A DNA stretch of 64,000 bases, taken from contig NW_027590159.1 in assembly GCF_964213995.1 (NCBI RefSeq), positions 248,001 to 312,000 of the forward strand, given 5' to 3'. The notes under the pieces were generated by a model. The model searched no databases and was not told the DNA's origin. It was given only the letters and a program-made list of their open reading frames with translations. Within the stretch, counting starts at the first letter, position 1, and each line of letters starts with the position of its first letter. A program made the position numbers and the translations under genes. Source of the DNA: Mustelus asterias (Eukaryota). This document shows, in pieces, positions 11,217-24,638 of the stretch.

Positions 11217-11860
11217 CCGCAGTGTGCTGCATTATATTAGACTTTGGGCTGACAAGTGGCAAGTAACATTCGCGCCACACAAATGCCAGACAATGTCCAT
11301 CACCAATAAGAGAAAATCTAACCACCGCCTCTTGACAGTCAATAGTTTTTCCATCACTGAATCCCCCATTGTTAACATCCTTACGGTTACCATTGACCAG
11401 ATACTCAATTGGACTCGGCACATAAACACAATGGCTACAAGAGCAGGTCAGAGGCCAGGAACACTGCGGCGAATAACTCACCTCCTGACTCCCCAGAGTA
11501 TGTCCACCATCGACAAGGCACAAGTCAGGAGCGTGATGGAATATTCCCACCTCGCCTGGATGGGTGCAGCTCCAACAACACACAAGAAGATTGACATCAT
11601 CCAGGACAAAGCAGCCCGCTTGATTGGCACCACATCCACAAGCATTCAATTCCACCACAGCCGATGCTCAGTAGCAGCGATGTGTATAAGATACACAGTA
11701 GCAATTCATCAAAGATCCTTAGACAGCACCTTCGAAACCCATGACCACTTCCATCCAGAAGGAAAAGGGTAGTGGACACATGGGAACATCACCACCTGCA
11801 AGTTCTCCTCCAAGTCACTCACCATCCTGACTTGGAATTATATTGCCATTCCTTAGCATG
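11217..11860 (+). mobile_element. Truncated non-LTR retrotransposon of the CR1/L2 group (different family from HER1), RT C-terminus
   Basis: ORF 11209-11772 WADKWQVTFAPHKCQ...KAQVRSVMEYSHLAW. Confidence 0.85.
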
Positions 11861-11953
11861 GCCTTATTCTGTGGTGTACTCATTTTCTGAGTTAGTGCGT
11901 ACCTCACCCTGAGGCCGTGAGCCGCAAAGTATTTTCTCATTTCTCATTTCTGT

Positions 11954-12705
11954 CATCTCTCCCTCAATGTCAACAAAACGGAGATTGTCAATGACTTCAG
12001 AAAGCGTAGAGGAGAATATGCCCCTCTCTCCATCAAAGGGGACGAAGTAGAAAGTGTCGAGAGCTTCAGGTTTTTAGGTCTCCAGATCACCACCAACCTG
12101 TCCTGGCCTCCCATGCCGACACTATAGTGAAGAAAGCCCATCAACGCCTCTACTTTCTCAGAAGACTTAGGAAATTTGGCAGGTCAGCTACGACTGTCAC
12201 CAAGGTTTACAGGTGCACCATAGAAAACATTATTTCTAGTTGTATCACAGCTTGGTATGGCTCCTGCTCTGCCCAAGACCGCAATAAACTACAAAGGGCT
12301 GTGAATGTAGCCCAATCCGTCACTCAAACCAGCCTCCCATCCATTGATTCTGTCGACGCTTCCTGCTGCATCGGCAAAGCAGCCAGCATACTTAAGGATC
12401 CCACGCACCGCGGACATTCTCTCTTCCACCTTCTTCCTTCGAGAGAAAGATACAGAAGTCTGAGGTCACGTACTAGCCGACTCAAGAACAGCTTTTTCCC
12501 TGCTGCCATCATACTTTTGAATGGACATTACCTTGCATTAAGTTGATCTTTCTCTACACCCTAACAGTGAACGTAATACCACATTCTGCATTCTCCCGTT
12601 TCCTTCTCTATGAACAGTACGCTTTGTCTGTATAGCGCGCAAGATAAAATGCTTTTCATTGTATACTAATAGATTTGACAATAATAAATAAAACCAAATC
12701 AAATC
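11954..12705 (+). mobile_element. Truncated Rex1/Babar-like LINE
   Basis: ORF 12127-12546 KKAHQRLYFLRRLRKFG...SCITAWYG...RLKNSFFPAAI; tail aataataaataaaaccaaatcaaatc. Confidence 0.85.
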
Positions 12706-12944
12706 GTTGCATTTCTCCTGACTTCCAGACTATTCCAGTTGTTACATTTCCTCCCTCCTGAGATTCAGTCGTTTCAAATTCCCACATTTTTCACCTTTTC
12801 CTGTTGTAATGAAAGGCCATGGACGTAAAGGATGAGCTTTGTTTCCCTGTCCACAAATTCTGCCTGAATTCCTAAGTTTCTGCAGCATCTTCCACCTTCG
12901 CTGCAGTTATCTGATCGGCTTTGAATGGGCAAGAGAGCATCTTT

Positions 12945-14424
12945 TGCTGGGCCTCTGACGGAAATCTTTGTCACTTCTTTGGACACGGGTGAGGTCCCTG
13001 AGGATTTGAGGATAGCGAATGTGGTCCCGTTGTTTAAGAAGGGTAGCAGGGATAACCCAGGAAATTATAGGCCGGTGAGCTTGACGTCCGTGGGAGGGAC
13101 GTTTTTGGAGAGGATTCTTAGAGACAGGATGTATGTGCATTTAGAACGGAATAATCTCATTAGTGACAGACAACATCGTTTTGTAAGAGGGAGGTCGTGC
13201 CTTACAAATTTGGTGGAGTTTTTTGAGGAAGTGACAAAAACGGTTGATGTCGTCAATATGGATTTCAGTAAGGCATTTGACAAAGTCCCACATGGCAGGT
13301 TGGTTAAGAAGGTTAAGGCTCATGGGATACAAGGAGAAGTGGCTAGATGGGTGGAGAACTGGCTTGGCCATAGGAGACAGAGGGTAGTGGTCGAAGGGTC
13401 TTTTTCCGGCTGGAGGTCTGTGACCAGTGGTGTTCCGCAGGGCTCTGTACCTGGACCTCTGCTATTTGTGATATATATAAATGATTTGGAAGAAGGTGTA
13501 ACTGGTGTAATCAGCAAGTTTGCGGATGACACGAAGATGGCTGGAATTGCGGATAGCAAAGAGCATTGTCGGGCAATACAGCAGGACATAGATAGGCTAC
13601 AAAATTGGGCGGAGAGGTGGCAGATGGAATTTAATCCGGATAAATGCGAAGTGATGCATTTTGGAAGAAATAATGTAGGGAGGAGTTATACAATAAATGG
13701 CAGAGTCATCAGGAGTATAGAAACAAAGAGGGACCTAGGTGTGCAAGTCCACAAATCCTTGAAGGTGGCAACACAGGTGGAGAAGGTGGTGAAGAAGGCA
13801 TATGATATGCTTGCCTTTATAGGACGGGGTATAGAGTATAAAAGCTGGAGTCTGATGATGCAGCTGTATAGAACGCTGGTTAGGCCACATTTGGAGTACT
13901 GCGTCCAGTTCTGGTCGCCGCACTACCAGAAGGACGTGGAGGCGTTAGAGAGAGTGCAGAGAAGGTTTACCAGGATGTTGCCTGGTATGGAGGGTCTTAG
14001 CTATGAGGAGAGATTGGGTAGACTGGGGTTGTTCTCCTTGGAAAGACGGAGAATGAGGGGAGATCTAATAGAGGTGTACAAGATTATGAAGGGTATAGAT
14101 AGGGTGAACAGTGGGAAGCTTTTTCCCAGGTCGGAGGTGACGATCACGAGGGGTCACGGGCTCAAGCTGAGAGGGGCGAAGTATAACTCAGATATCAGAG
14201 GGACGTTTTTTACACAGAGGGTGGTGGGGGCCTGGAATGCGCTGCCAAATAGGGTGGTGGAGGCAGGCACGCTGACATCGTTTAAGACTTACCTGGATAG
14301 TCACATGAGCAGCCTGGGAATGGAGGGATACAAACGATTGGTCTAGTTGGACCAAGGAGCGGCACAGGCTTGGAGGGCCGAAGCGCCTGTTTCCTGTGCT
14401 GTACTGTTCTTTGTTCTTTGTTCT
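12945..14424 (+). mobile_element. Young 5'-truncated CR1 LINE with open RT region
   Basis: ORF 12925-14346 contains NYRPVSLTS, DFSKAFDKVPH, GVPQGS, KFADDTK; (tgttctt)n tail. Confidence 0.97.
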
Positions 14425-14450
14425 TTTCTTTCAATCAGTGGCTGCTTAGA

Positions 14451-14531
14451 GGCTTCTTGGTGTAGGGGTATGAATCGCATTTTGGTATGCCTTAACCACC
14501 GAGATCCCGAGTTGAAATCCGAGACTAGCCC
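14451..14531 (+). pseudogene. tRNA-Pro(TGG)-derived pseudogene with 9 extra nt 3' of the anticodon
   Basis: GGCTTCTTGGTGTAGGGGTATGAAT...TTTGGT[ATGCCTTAA]...GATCCCGAGTTGAAATCCGAGACTAGCCC; 81 nt versus 72 nt. Confidence 0.72.
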
Positions 14532-14880
14532 TACTGTTTCTTCTTATCCCTGTTACATCAAAACATCGAAAGCAGGAGTAGGTCATTGGAACATCATCTA
14601 CCATTCATTGTTGTCATGCCTGATAATCAAATTCAATACCCTGACCCACCATTTAGCCCCAAGAGCTATATTAAATTTCTCTTGAAATCATAGTGTTTGG
14701 CCTCAACTATTTTCTGTGGGAGTGAACTCTGAAGATTCACCACTCTCTGGCTGAAGGAAGTCTCTTCATCTCAGCCATTATCCTCAAACTATAATCCCTA
14801 GTTCTGGACTCCCACTAACGAGAACATTCTTTCTGAATCTATCCTGTTTCATCCGGTCTGAATGTTATAAGGTTCCATTA

Positions 14881-15197
14881 GAATCATAGAATCCCTGCAG
14901 TACAGAACGAGGCCAATTCGGCCCATCAAATCTGTACGGACCACAGTCCCATACAGGCCCCTCTCCTGTAACTCCATGCATTCACCGTGCTAATCCCCCT
15001 GACACGAGGGCCAATATAACACGGCCAATCAACATTAGCCGCACATCTTTGGACAATGGGAGGAAACCGGAACACCCGGAGGAAACCCATGCAGATACGG
15101 GGAGAATGTGCAAACTCCACACAGACAGTGACCCGATGCCAGATTTGAACCTCGGACCCTGGCGTTTTGAGGCAGCAGTGCTCACCAGTGTGCCACC
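14881..15197 (-). mobile_element. HE1-type SINE
   Basis: Reverse complement of HE1 (gaatcatagaatccct...ggaggaaaccgga...gaggcagcagtgctcacca). Confidence 0.9.
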
Positions 15198-15284
15198 CAA
15201 AACATATCTGCCCAGAAATAGCCAGGATTAGTTGGCAAGAAATGCATTTGCCAATGTTGGACACCTAAGTGTTAAAACAAGCCG

Positions 15285-15357
15285 CATCCCAGAAGGGACG
15301 CGAACACACTCTCCCTGGTTTAGGTAGCCAGTGCCTGACGCATTAGGTCACTGGAAA
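15285..15357 (-). pseudogene. tRNA-Arg(CCT) degenerate copy
   Basis: catcccagaagggacgcgaacacactctccctggtttaggtagccagtgcctgacgcattaggtcactgg aligns without gaps to the reverse complement of vertebrate tRNA-Arg-CCT. Confidence 0.75.
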
Positions 15358-15744
15358 TATAGGTGAGCTACTGCTGCAGCTTTAAAAAGCTGTATATCTC
15401 CATCCACATAGACTTTGACTAACCCCAGAATCGAAACCAGGTCCCTGGCATTGTGAGCCAGCAGAACTAACCACTGTGCCGCCCTCTCCCACGAAGATTT
15501 CATCAGATTTTATGAGCTAGATTTTGTTTTTTTTCTTTGCATTGCAGACTTTGGGATTGGTTCACATGGGGTTTCGTTTGAGAACCTGAGCACAAACCGT
15601 GAGGAATCTAACAGCACAACACACTCGCTCGAAAATAAATATATGATCAACAGGGTTGGCTATGTAACTTGACATTCATTTTATCTCCATTCACCTCTTC
15701 AGCTGGCCGCATGATTATGGGTTCAGAGAGCTGCCTGGATGTTT

Positions 15745-16620
15745 CTTTTTGTTCATGTGGGTGTCGCTGGCTAGATCAGCATGCACTGCCCATCAGTATT
15801 TAGCTTTGAGAAAGTAGTGCTGAGCTGTCTTCTTGAAACGTTGCATCAATTTGTACAGGTACACTTACAGTGCTGTTAGGGAGGGAATTCCACGAATTTG
15901 TCCCAATGACAGTGAAGGAACGGCGATATATTTCCAAATCAGAATGCTGAGGGACGTGAGGGTGGTGTTGGCTGTACCCGTTGGAGGGGGGCGGGGGGGC
16001 GGGGGGAGCTGCCAGGTCGAAGCGGTCATGGGTTTGGAAGATGCTGTCTAAAGTGCCTTTGGTGGATTCCTGCATCATGCAGACAAGTGGTGAATATTCT
16101 ATCGCATTCCTGACTTGTGCCACGTGGATCATGGAACATAGAACATAGAACAGTACAGCACAGAACAGGCCCTTCGGCCCACGATGTTGTGCCGAGCTTT
16201 AAGTGAAACCAAGATCAAACTATCCCACTCCCTATCATCCTGGTGTGCTCCATGTGCCCATCCAATAACCGCTTAAATGTTCCTAAAGTGTCTAACTCCA
16301 CTATCACTGCAGGCACTCCAGTCCACACCCCAACCACTCTCTGCGTAAAGAACCTACCTCTGATATCCTTCCTATATCTCCCACCATGATGCCTATAGTT
16401 ATGCCGATCGTGGACTGTTTTTTAGGAGTCAGGAGGTGAGTTACTCCCGCAGGATTCCCATCCTCTGCCCTGCTCTTTTAAGAAGTTTAACAACACCAGG
16501 TTAAAGTCCAACAGGTTAAAGTCCAACAGTAAACTTCTTACTGTGTTTACCCCAGTCCAACGCCGGCATCTCCACATCATGACTACCATAGACACTGCTC
16601 TTTTAGCCACTGAATAAACT
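15745..16620 (-). mobile_element. Composite TE stack: CR1/L2-group LINE remnant interrupted by a CR1 3' fragment (16134-~16405) and a Penelope-terminus insert (16481-16594)
   Basis: AQVRNAIEYSPL (ORF 15800-16132); (gaacata)n CR1 tail; 11-bp direct repeat ctgctctttta at 16470-16480 and 16595-16605. Confidence 0.78.
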
Positions 16621-17030
16621 GATAACATGTGTGCTGAGTCAAAATAGGTGTTCTTTCCTGCTCAGTTTGTCGTGAATTTTCAGCACTTTTGTCTTTTCCT
16701 GAATGTATTTTGAGGCTCAAGTAAGAGCCAATGTCATATGATTGTAAGATACTATATTCAGGTAATATTCAATAGTGGAATCACTGGCGGGAGGGTTACG
16801 GTTTCGAGTCATGTTGTTGACGCTGGATTTGACGCTTTGGGAACCAGGGTTCGAATTCCAACACAGCAAGTTAACTCAATTCAAGGCAAAGTACAATTAC
16901 TGTAAGTGAGTCGAGAAAAATTTAATGATGCAACATTTCCTCACTAAAACGAATATGTTTTGACCATGGCTCTGCCGATTTTGAAGCCTCGAACCGATAT
17001 GTAAAACATTGCTGCACGGTGTTTGGTTGT

Positions 17031-17103
17031 GGGCCAGTGGCGCAATGGATAACGCGTCTGAATACGGATCAGAAGATTCCAGATTCGACTCCTCACTGGC
17101 TCG
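17031..17103 (+). pseudogene. tRNA-Arg(ACG), probable pseudogene
   Basis: GGGCCAGTGGCGCAATGGATAACGCGTCTGAAT-ACG-GATCAGAAGATTCCAGATTCGACTCCTCACTGGCTCG; 4 changes from consensus, including C32A and a broken T stem/B box. Confidence 0.88.
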
Positions 17104-18011
17104 CTGTGATAGTTTAACAATAGTTCAAAAATTCCATATTCGTGTGGATGAAAAATGTGTTTTCACAAATTTTGGACCAATTCAGAGAAATGTTGACCAA
17201 ATGCAGTCAGCTTCTCTGAAGAAATTTATCTTAGCTAATAATTTTTCAAAACAATGTTGACAATTTTAAGAAAGAAATTACTGATAAACTTCAATTAATT
17301 TTTTAAAAAAAATAGTTTCTTTAAATGACGAATTCTCGTTAAAGTATTTGGGAAAAATATGTTAGCAAGTTTAAGCTACCTTTTAAAAAGTTGGAAATTT
17401 CTCGAAAAATACGTGGAAACATTACATTTTTCAAAATGGTGAAAACATTTTCTAAAAGATTGATGAACTCTGCGGAAGAATTTCTTTTAAACATGTTTAA
17501 TTTTAAGAAGCAAAATACACAGAAATGTTTTTTAAAAGTTGACAAATTTCAGTTAAATCAGATGGAGGAATTTCTTTGGAGTAAGTTTAGTTTTTAAAAG
17601 TTCAAATTAGCCAGAATTTTCTGGTTTGTGATGCTCGGATTGTTGTCTAATGGAGCGAAGGAGATTGAGGAGCGACTTAATCGAGGTGGACTAGATTAGG
17701 GCAAGTTTAGAGGGGGAGGGACAAGTTTTAAGATATTGGGCAAGGCGGGGGCGAAGAAGATTTGGAAGCAACATTTTTTCCACAGCGAGTGCTCAGGACC
17801 TGGAACTCATTGCCTCCGAGAGTGTTGGATGCGGTCAATTTAAATAATAGAAATTCTGAGGTGGACATGGACCTCCTGAGAAAGGAGATGCGTCTCCAGG
17901 AACATTCTAAGTCAGATAGATGGATCTCCTCGGTAACATTGAATCTGAAGATCAACCTGTAGCAAGACACCCCTCCCCGGCCCCGCCCCCACCAACTGTT
18001 GAGATGTTTGA

Positions 18012-18160
18012 AACATAGAAACCCTACAGTGCAGAAGGAGGCCATTCGGCCCATCGAGTCTGCACCGACCACAATCCCACCCAGGCCCTACCCCCACATA
18101 TTTACCCTCAAATCCCGCTAACCTACGCATCTCAGGACTCTAAGGGGCAATTTTTAACCT
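18012..18160 (-). mobile_element. HE1-type SINE, 3' half
   Basis: accctacagtgcagaaggaggccattcggcccatcgagtctgcaccgacc...taaggggcaatttt. Confidence 0.88.
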
Positions 18161-18371
18161 TTTAAATTTTGTTGGAGTCTGAACGAGATGCGAATATGGG
18201 CTCGGTGTCAAAATCGAACTGTCCTGTCAGTGCGTCAAAACAAAGGGTTTCTTATTTCAGAAAAAGCATTTGAGGGTGATGCCAGATCAATGATAACATG
18301 CCTTTAACATCGGGGTTCGACTAACGTTGAACAACCAACTGAAATCAAGCAATTTTCCCTTACCCGATATG

Positions 18372-19724
18372 AATCCATCATTAAAGAAGAAATAGCAGGC
18401 CATCTGGATAAGAATGGTTCGATTAAGCAGACGCAGCATGGATTCATGAGGGGAATGTCGTGCTTGAAGAACTTGTTGGATTTTTATGAAGATGTGACTC
18501 GTGCGGTTGACGGAGGGGAACCGGTGGATGCGGTGTTTTTGGATTTCCAAAAGGCGTTTGATAAGGTGCCTCACAAAAGGTTGCTGAAGAAGATTGGGTC
18601 ACACGGAGTTGGGGAGAGGGTGTTAGCGTGGATCGGGGATTGGCTATCCGACAGGAAGCAGGGAGTCGGAATAAATGGGTGCTTTTCTGGTTGGCGGATG
18701 GTAACTAGTGGCGTGCCGCAGGGATCGTTACTGGGGCCTCAACTATTTGCCATTTATATAGACGATCTGGAGGAGGGGACTGAGTGTAGGGTAACAAAGT
18801 TTGCAGACGTCACAAAGGTAAGTGGAAAAGTGAATCGTGTGGAGGGCGTAGAAGGTCTGCAGAGAGATTTGGACAGGCTGAGTGAGTGGGCGAGGATCTG
18901 GCAGATGGAGTATAACGTTGACAAATGCGAGGTTATTCACTTTGGAGGAAATAATAGCAAATTGGATTATTATCTAAATGGAAAATATTACAACATGCTA
19001 CTGTGCCGAGGGACCTGGGGGTCCTTGTGCCTGAGACGCAAAAACCCAGTCTGCAGGTGCAACAAGTGATCAAGAAGGCAAGTGGGATGTTGCCCTATAT
19101 CGCAAGGGGGATAGAATATAAAAGCAGAGATGTCTTGCTGCGTCTGTACAGGGCATTGGTGAGGCCGCAGCTGGAATACTGTGTGCAGTATTGGTCCCCT
19201 TATTTGCGGAAGGATATATTGGCCTTGGAGGGAGTGCAGAGAAGGTTCACAAGGTTGACACCAGATGAGGGGTGTTGATTATGAGGAGAGATTGAGCAGA
19301 TTGGGTTTGTACTCGTTGGAATTTAGAAGGCTGAGGGGGGATCTTATAGAGGCCTATAAGATAATGAAGGGGCTGGACAGGGTAGAGGTGGAGAGGTTCT
19401 TTCCACTTAGAAAGGAAGCGAGAACTAGAGGGCACAGCCTCAAAATAAAGGGGGGTCAGTTTAGGACAGAGTTGAGGAGGAACTTCTTCTCTCAGAGGGT
19501 GGTGAATCTCAGGAATTCTCTGCCCACTGAAGTGGTGGAGGCTACATCGTTGAATATGTTTAAATCACGGATAGATGGGTTCCTGATCGGTAAGAGAATT
19601 AGGGATTATGGGGATCAGGCGTTAAGTGGAATTGATCCACTTCACGTCAGCCATGATCTTATTGAATGGCGGGGCAGGCTCGAGGGGCGAGATGGCCTAC
19701 TCCTGCTCCTATTTTTTATGTTCT
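18372..19724 (+). mobile_element. 5'-truncated, frameshifted CR1 LINE inside a tandem unit
   Basis: ORFs 18446-19069, 19003-19278 and 19265-19729 hold consecutive RT motifs (DFQKAFDKVPH, GVPQGS, LEYCVQYW). The host unit resumes at tgagaaagcttaatgaa. Confidence 0.95.
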
Positions 19725-20961
19725 TCTGAGAAAGCTTAATGAACGTTTCTGCCTTGGTTCGATCTGGGGATTTTTGGAGTGTTATGCGAACCTGATAACC
19801 ACTGCACGAAAGCAACAGCTTAAAAGGCACTGGAGCAAATCTGCCTGTCTGCAATGTTCAACTACGCTGTGTTGCTGCAGTTTCCGATGGTTCGACTGAG
19901 AGCCCGTATGACTTAATTGACGAAGATAACCGTTACTTTCAATCTGATTGTACGACTTATCCAGAAGATCAAAAAATAAAAGAGTTCGTCTCGCAAATAT
20001 CTAAGGGAGCAATAATTTCTGCCCCTTCATTAATGCATCATTCTCAGCTTTCATCGAATAGTCTCAATCAATTGTACTAAGTAATTAGAGCAAATTATTG
20101 CGGATGAGAAAAGACTAAATGCTCCAAAATCTCCCAATGTCTGACAGCACCTGTAACGAGTGAAACGGGTGGACGCTTCGAGTCCAGATGACACTTTATC
20201 AAAGCTCATTGTACAATTGTACTCAGTATTTGTTTCACTATTTAATATCAATGCATTATTTAACACATATGTCTTCATTATTAATTGAATATCTCTGAAA
20301 TTGAACATCACTGAATTGCAAACGTAACTGACCAACAGAACGAATCGAATCACCGGCTAATACACTTCGCAATTTTGGGATTGATTATCGTCAGCATTTA
20401 CATAAAGTCAACGACATTTAAACGGAGAAGAGTCCAGAATTATCTGTTCGCGACACTTGAGCCTTTTTTATTATGGACGTGAAACATTCAGGCGCATAAA
20501 TTCCGGCCCTTTACATGAAAGTCCAGTAGATCCGCACTGAGTCTCGATTCCCTCATCGGTCTGAGGGGCGTGAAACATTCAGGCACCTAAATATTTTTTT
20601 TAAAGAATCTTCTGTGAAATGTGCGCCATTTCATCTAGTTCCCTTACAGTATCAGTTGTAACTTTCTTTTTGAGCACACACTACTGTCAGATATTTCAGA
20701 TGGCGATTGACCATATTAGTCTGCACCTATAAATCCATAAGGTTCTGTTTTAGACTGAGCGGGATGGGAATAAGTGCTCAGTGTCAAAATCGAACTTTCC
20801 TGTCACTGCGTCAAAAAATACGTTTCTTACTTCACAGAAAGCATTTGAGGGTGATGTCAGCGCAATCAAAACATGCCTTTAAAATCGAGGCTCGGATAAT
20901 GATGAGCAATGAACTTAAATCAAGCAATTTTCCCTTACCCGACATGGTAAAGCTTAATGGA

Positions 20962-21034
20962 TGTTCCTGCCCGGTTTCGAACCGGGGATTTTCCGCGTGT
21001 TAGGTGAACGTGATAACCACTACACTACAGAAAC
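20962..21034 (-). tRNA. tRNA-Val(AAC), best-preserved array copy (possibly a pseudogene)
   Basis: Minus strand GTTTCTGTAGTGTAGTGGTTATCACGTTCACCT-AAC-ACGCGGAAAATCCCCGGTTCGAAACCGGGCAGGAACA. A and B boxes are intact and the acceptor stem pairs; one A-C mismatch in the anticodon stem. Confidence 0.8.
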
Positions 21035-22181
21035 AGCTTGAAGGGCATTTCAGAAACTCTGCCTGGCTGCAATGTTGAATTACGCTGTGTTGCTGCAGGT
21101 TCCGATGGTGAGACTGAGAGCCCATGGCACGGAATTCAGGAAGATAACCGTTACTTTCAATCTGATTGCACGACGTATCCCGAACATCAAAAGTTAAAAG
21201 CGTTCGTCTCGCAAATATCTAAGGGAGCAATGATTTCTGCCCATTCATTAATGCATCATTTTTATCTTTCTTCGAATAATCTCAATCAATTGTACTCAGT
21301 AAAGAAGCAAATGATTGCGGATTCTGGAATCGTAAACGAAAAGGGAAAATTCTGGCAAGTCTCACAAGGACTGACAGCATCTATAAGGAGTGAAAAGAGC
21401 TGACGTTTCGAGTCGAGCTGACATTTTGTCAAAGCTCATCAATTGTACGCAATATTTGTTTCAATATTTAGTACCAATGCATTATTTGACACATATGTCT
21501 TCATTTCTGGAATTGAACATCACTGAATTGCAAACATAACTGACCAACAAAATGAATCGAGTCCCGAGTAATGCAGATCGCAATTTTAAGATTGAAAATA
21601 GTCAGCTTTTTAAAAAAAAAGTCAACTACATTTAAATGGAGGAGAATCAAGAATTATCTGTTCGTGACACTTGAGCCTTTTTATTATGGGTGTGAAACAT
21701 TCAGGTGCATAAATTCCGGCCCTTTTCAGGAAAGTCCAGTCGATCCGCACTGAGTCTCGATTCCCTTATCTGTCTGAGTGGCTTTTCCTGTTTCTCAGTG
21801 ATGAAAAACGATTTTAAAAAAAGATCCTTCTGTGAAATGTGCGCCATTTCCTCTAGTTCACTTACAGTATCACTTGTATCTGTCTTTTTGAGCACACGCT
21901 ACTATCAGATATTTCAGATGATGATTAATCATATTAGTCTGCACCTCTAAACCCATTCAATTCTGTTGTAGTCTGAACGAGATGCGAATGCGTGCTCGGT
22001 GTCAAAATCGAATATTCCTGTCAGTGCGTCAAAAAAAAATCGTTTCTTATTTCACAGAAAGCATTTGAGGGTGATGTCAGAGCAATGATAACATGCCTTT
22101 AACATCGAGGTTCGGATAACGTTCAGCATCAAACTGAAATCAAGCAGTATTCCCTTACCCGACATGAGAAAGCTTAATGAA

Positions 22182-22253
22182 TGTTTATCTCCGGTCTCGA
22201 ATCGGGGAACTTTCCACGTGTTAGGCGAACGCGGCAACAACTACGACAGAAAC
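22182..22253 (-). pseudogene. tRNA-Val(AAC) degenerate copy
   Basis: ccggtctcgaatcggggaactttccacgtgttaggcgaacg; D arm decayed. Confidence 0.8.
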
Positions 22254-23399
22254 AGCTTGAAGCACGATAGAGCAAATCTGCCTGTCTGCAATGTTCAACT
22301 ACGCTGTGTTGCTCCAGGTTTCGATGGTGAGACTGAGAACCCATGTCACTGAATTCAGGAAGATAACCGTTACTTTCAATCTGATTGTACGACTTATGCC
22401 GAACATCAACATTTGAAATCGTTCGTTTCGCAAATATCTAAGGGAGCAATGATTTCTTCCCATTCATTAATGCATCATTTTCATCTTTTTCGAATAATCT
22501 CAATCAATTGTACTCAGTAATAAAAGCAAATTACTGCGGATGAGAAAAGAGAAAATGCTGCAAAATCTCACAGTGTCTGACACCACCTGTAAGGAGTGAA
22601 ACGGGCGTGCGTTTCGAGTCCAGATGGCACTTCATCAAAGCTCATTGTACAATTGTACTCAGTATTTGTTTCACTATTTAGTATCAAGGCCTTATATAAC
22701 ACGTATGTCTTCATTATGAATTGAATATCTCTGAAATTGAACATCACTGAATTGCAAACATAACTGCCCAACAGAACGAATCGAATCACCGGGTAATACA
22801 GATCGCAATTTTGAGATTGAATATCGTCAGCTTTTAAAGAAAGCCAACTGCATTTAAATGGAGAAGAATCAAGAATTATCTGTTCGTGACACTTGAGCCT
22901 TTTTTATTCTGGGCGTGAAACATTCATGCGCATAAATTCCGGCCCTTTACAAGAAAATCCTTTAGATTCGCCCTGAGTCTCGATTCCCTTATCTGTCTGA
23001 GTGGTTTTTCCTGTTTCTTCGTGATGAAAAATGATTTTTAAAAAAAGATTCTTCTGTGAAATGTGCGCCATTTCCTCTCGTTCACTTACAGTATCACTTG
23101 TATCTGTCTCTTTGAGCACACACTACGATCAGATATTTCAGACGGTGATCAACCATATTAGTCTGCACCTATAAACCCATTAAATTCGGGTGTCGACTGA
23201 ACGAGATGCGAATATGTGCTCAGTGTCAAAACCGAACTTTCCTGTCAGTGCGTCAAAGAAAACCCGTTTCTTATTTCACAGAAAGCATTTGAGGGTGCTG
23301 TCAGAGCAATGATAACCTGCCTTTAACATGGAGGTCCGGATAATGTTGCGCAACAAACTGAAATCAATGAACTTTCCTGACATGAGAAAGCGTAATGCA

Positions 23400-23472
23400 T
23401 GTTTCCGCTTGGCTTCGAACCGGGGATCTTTCGCGTGTTCGGTGAACGTGATCATCACTACGTTACAGAAAC
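23400..23472 (-). pseudogene. tRNA-Val(AAC) degenerate copy
   Basis: tgtttccgcttggcttcgaaccggggatctttcgcgtgttcggtgaacgtgatcatcactac. Confidence 0.82.
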
Positions 23473-24638
23473 CGCTGGAAACGCGGTTGAGCAAATCTGC
23501 CTGTCTGCAATGTTCAACTACGCTGTGTTGCTGCAGGTTCCGATGGTGAGACTGAGAGCCCATGTCCCTGAATTCAGGAAGATAACCGTTACTTTCAATC
23601 TGATTGTACGACTTATCCCGAACATCAAAATTTAAAATCGTTCGTCTCGCAAATATCTAAGGGAGCAATGATTTCTGCCCATTCATTGATGCATCATTTT
23701 CATCTTTCTTCGAATAATCTCAATCAATTGTACTCAGTAATAAAAACAAATTGCACGGGGATGAGAAAAGCGAAAATGCTGCAAAATCTCACAATATCTG
23801 ACAGCACCTGTAAGGAGTGAAAAGGGCGGACGTTTCGAGTCCAGATGACACTTTATTGAAGCTCATTGTACAATTGTACTCAGTTGTTTCAATATTTAGT
23901 ATCAAGGCATTATTTAACACATATGTCTTCATTATGAATTGAATATCTCTGAAATTGAACATCACTGAATTGCAAACATAACTGCCCAACAGAACGAATG
24001 GAATCACCGGGAAATACAGATCACAATTTTGAGATTTACTATCGTCAGCTTTTAAACAAAGTCAACTACATGTAAATGGAGGAGAATCAAGAATTATCTG
24101 ATCGTGACACTTGAACCTTTTTTATTATGGGCGTGAAACATTCAGGCACAGAAATTCCGGCCATTTATAGGAAATTCCAGTAGATCCGCACTGAGTCTCG
24201 CAGCCTATAGCAAATCGGCCTGTCTGCAATGTTGAACTGCGCTGTTGTGCTGCACGTTCAAATGGTTAGACTGAGAGCCTCGTCTCCTCCCCCGCCCCCC
24301 CTCCACCCTCGCAACCTCCCTCCCCCATCCACCCCGCAACAATGTGTCTTGTTTGAGGAAGATAACCGCTGTTTTCAATCTGATTGCTCAACTTATCTTG
24401 AACTTCAAAACTTAGAAGCGTTAGTCTGGCAAATATCTGAGGGAGCAATGATTTCTGCTCATTCATTAATGCATCATTCTCATCTTCCTTCGAATAAGCT
24501 GAACCAATTGTACTCAGTAATAAAAACAATTTACCGTGGATGCTGGAATCTGAAACCAACAGAGAAAGTGCTGGAAAATCTCACAAGGTCTGGAAGCATC
24601 TGTAAGGAGAAAAAAGGGCTGACGTTTCGTGTTCAGAT

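Noticed and set aside
20051-24007. Recurrent short ORFs in the tandem units as a small-protein family
   Set aside because: They recur only because the DNA is repeated. Starts, stops and frames differ between units and no domain is recognisable.
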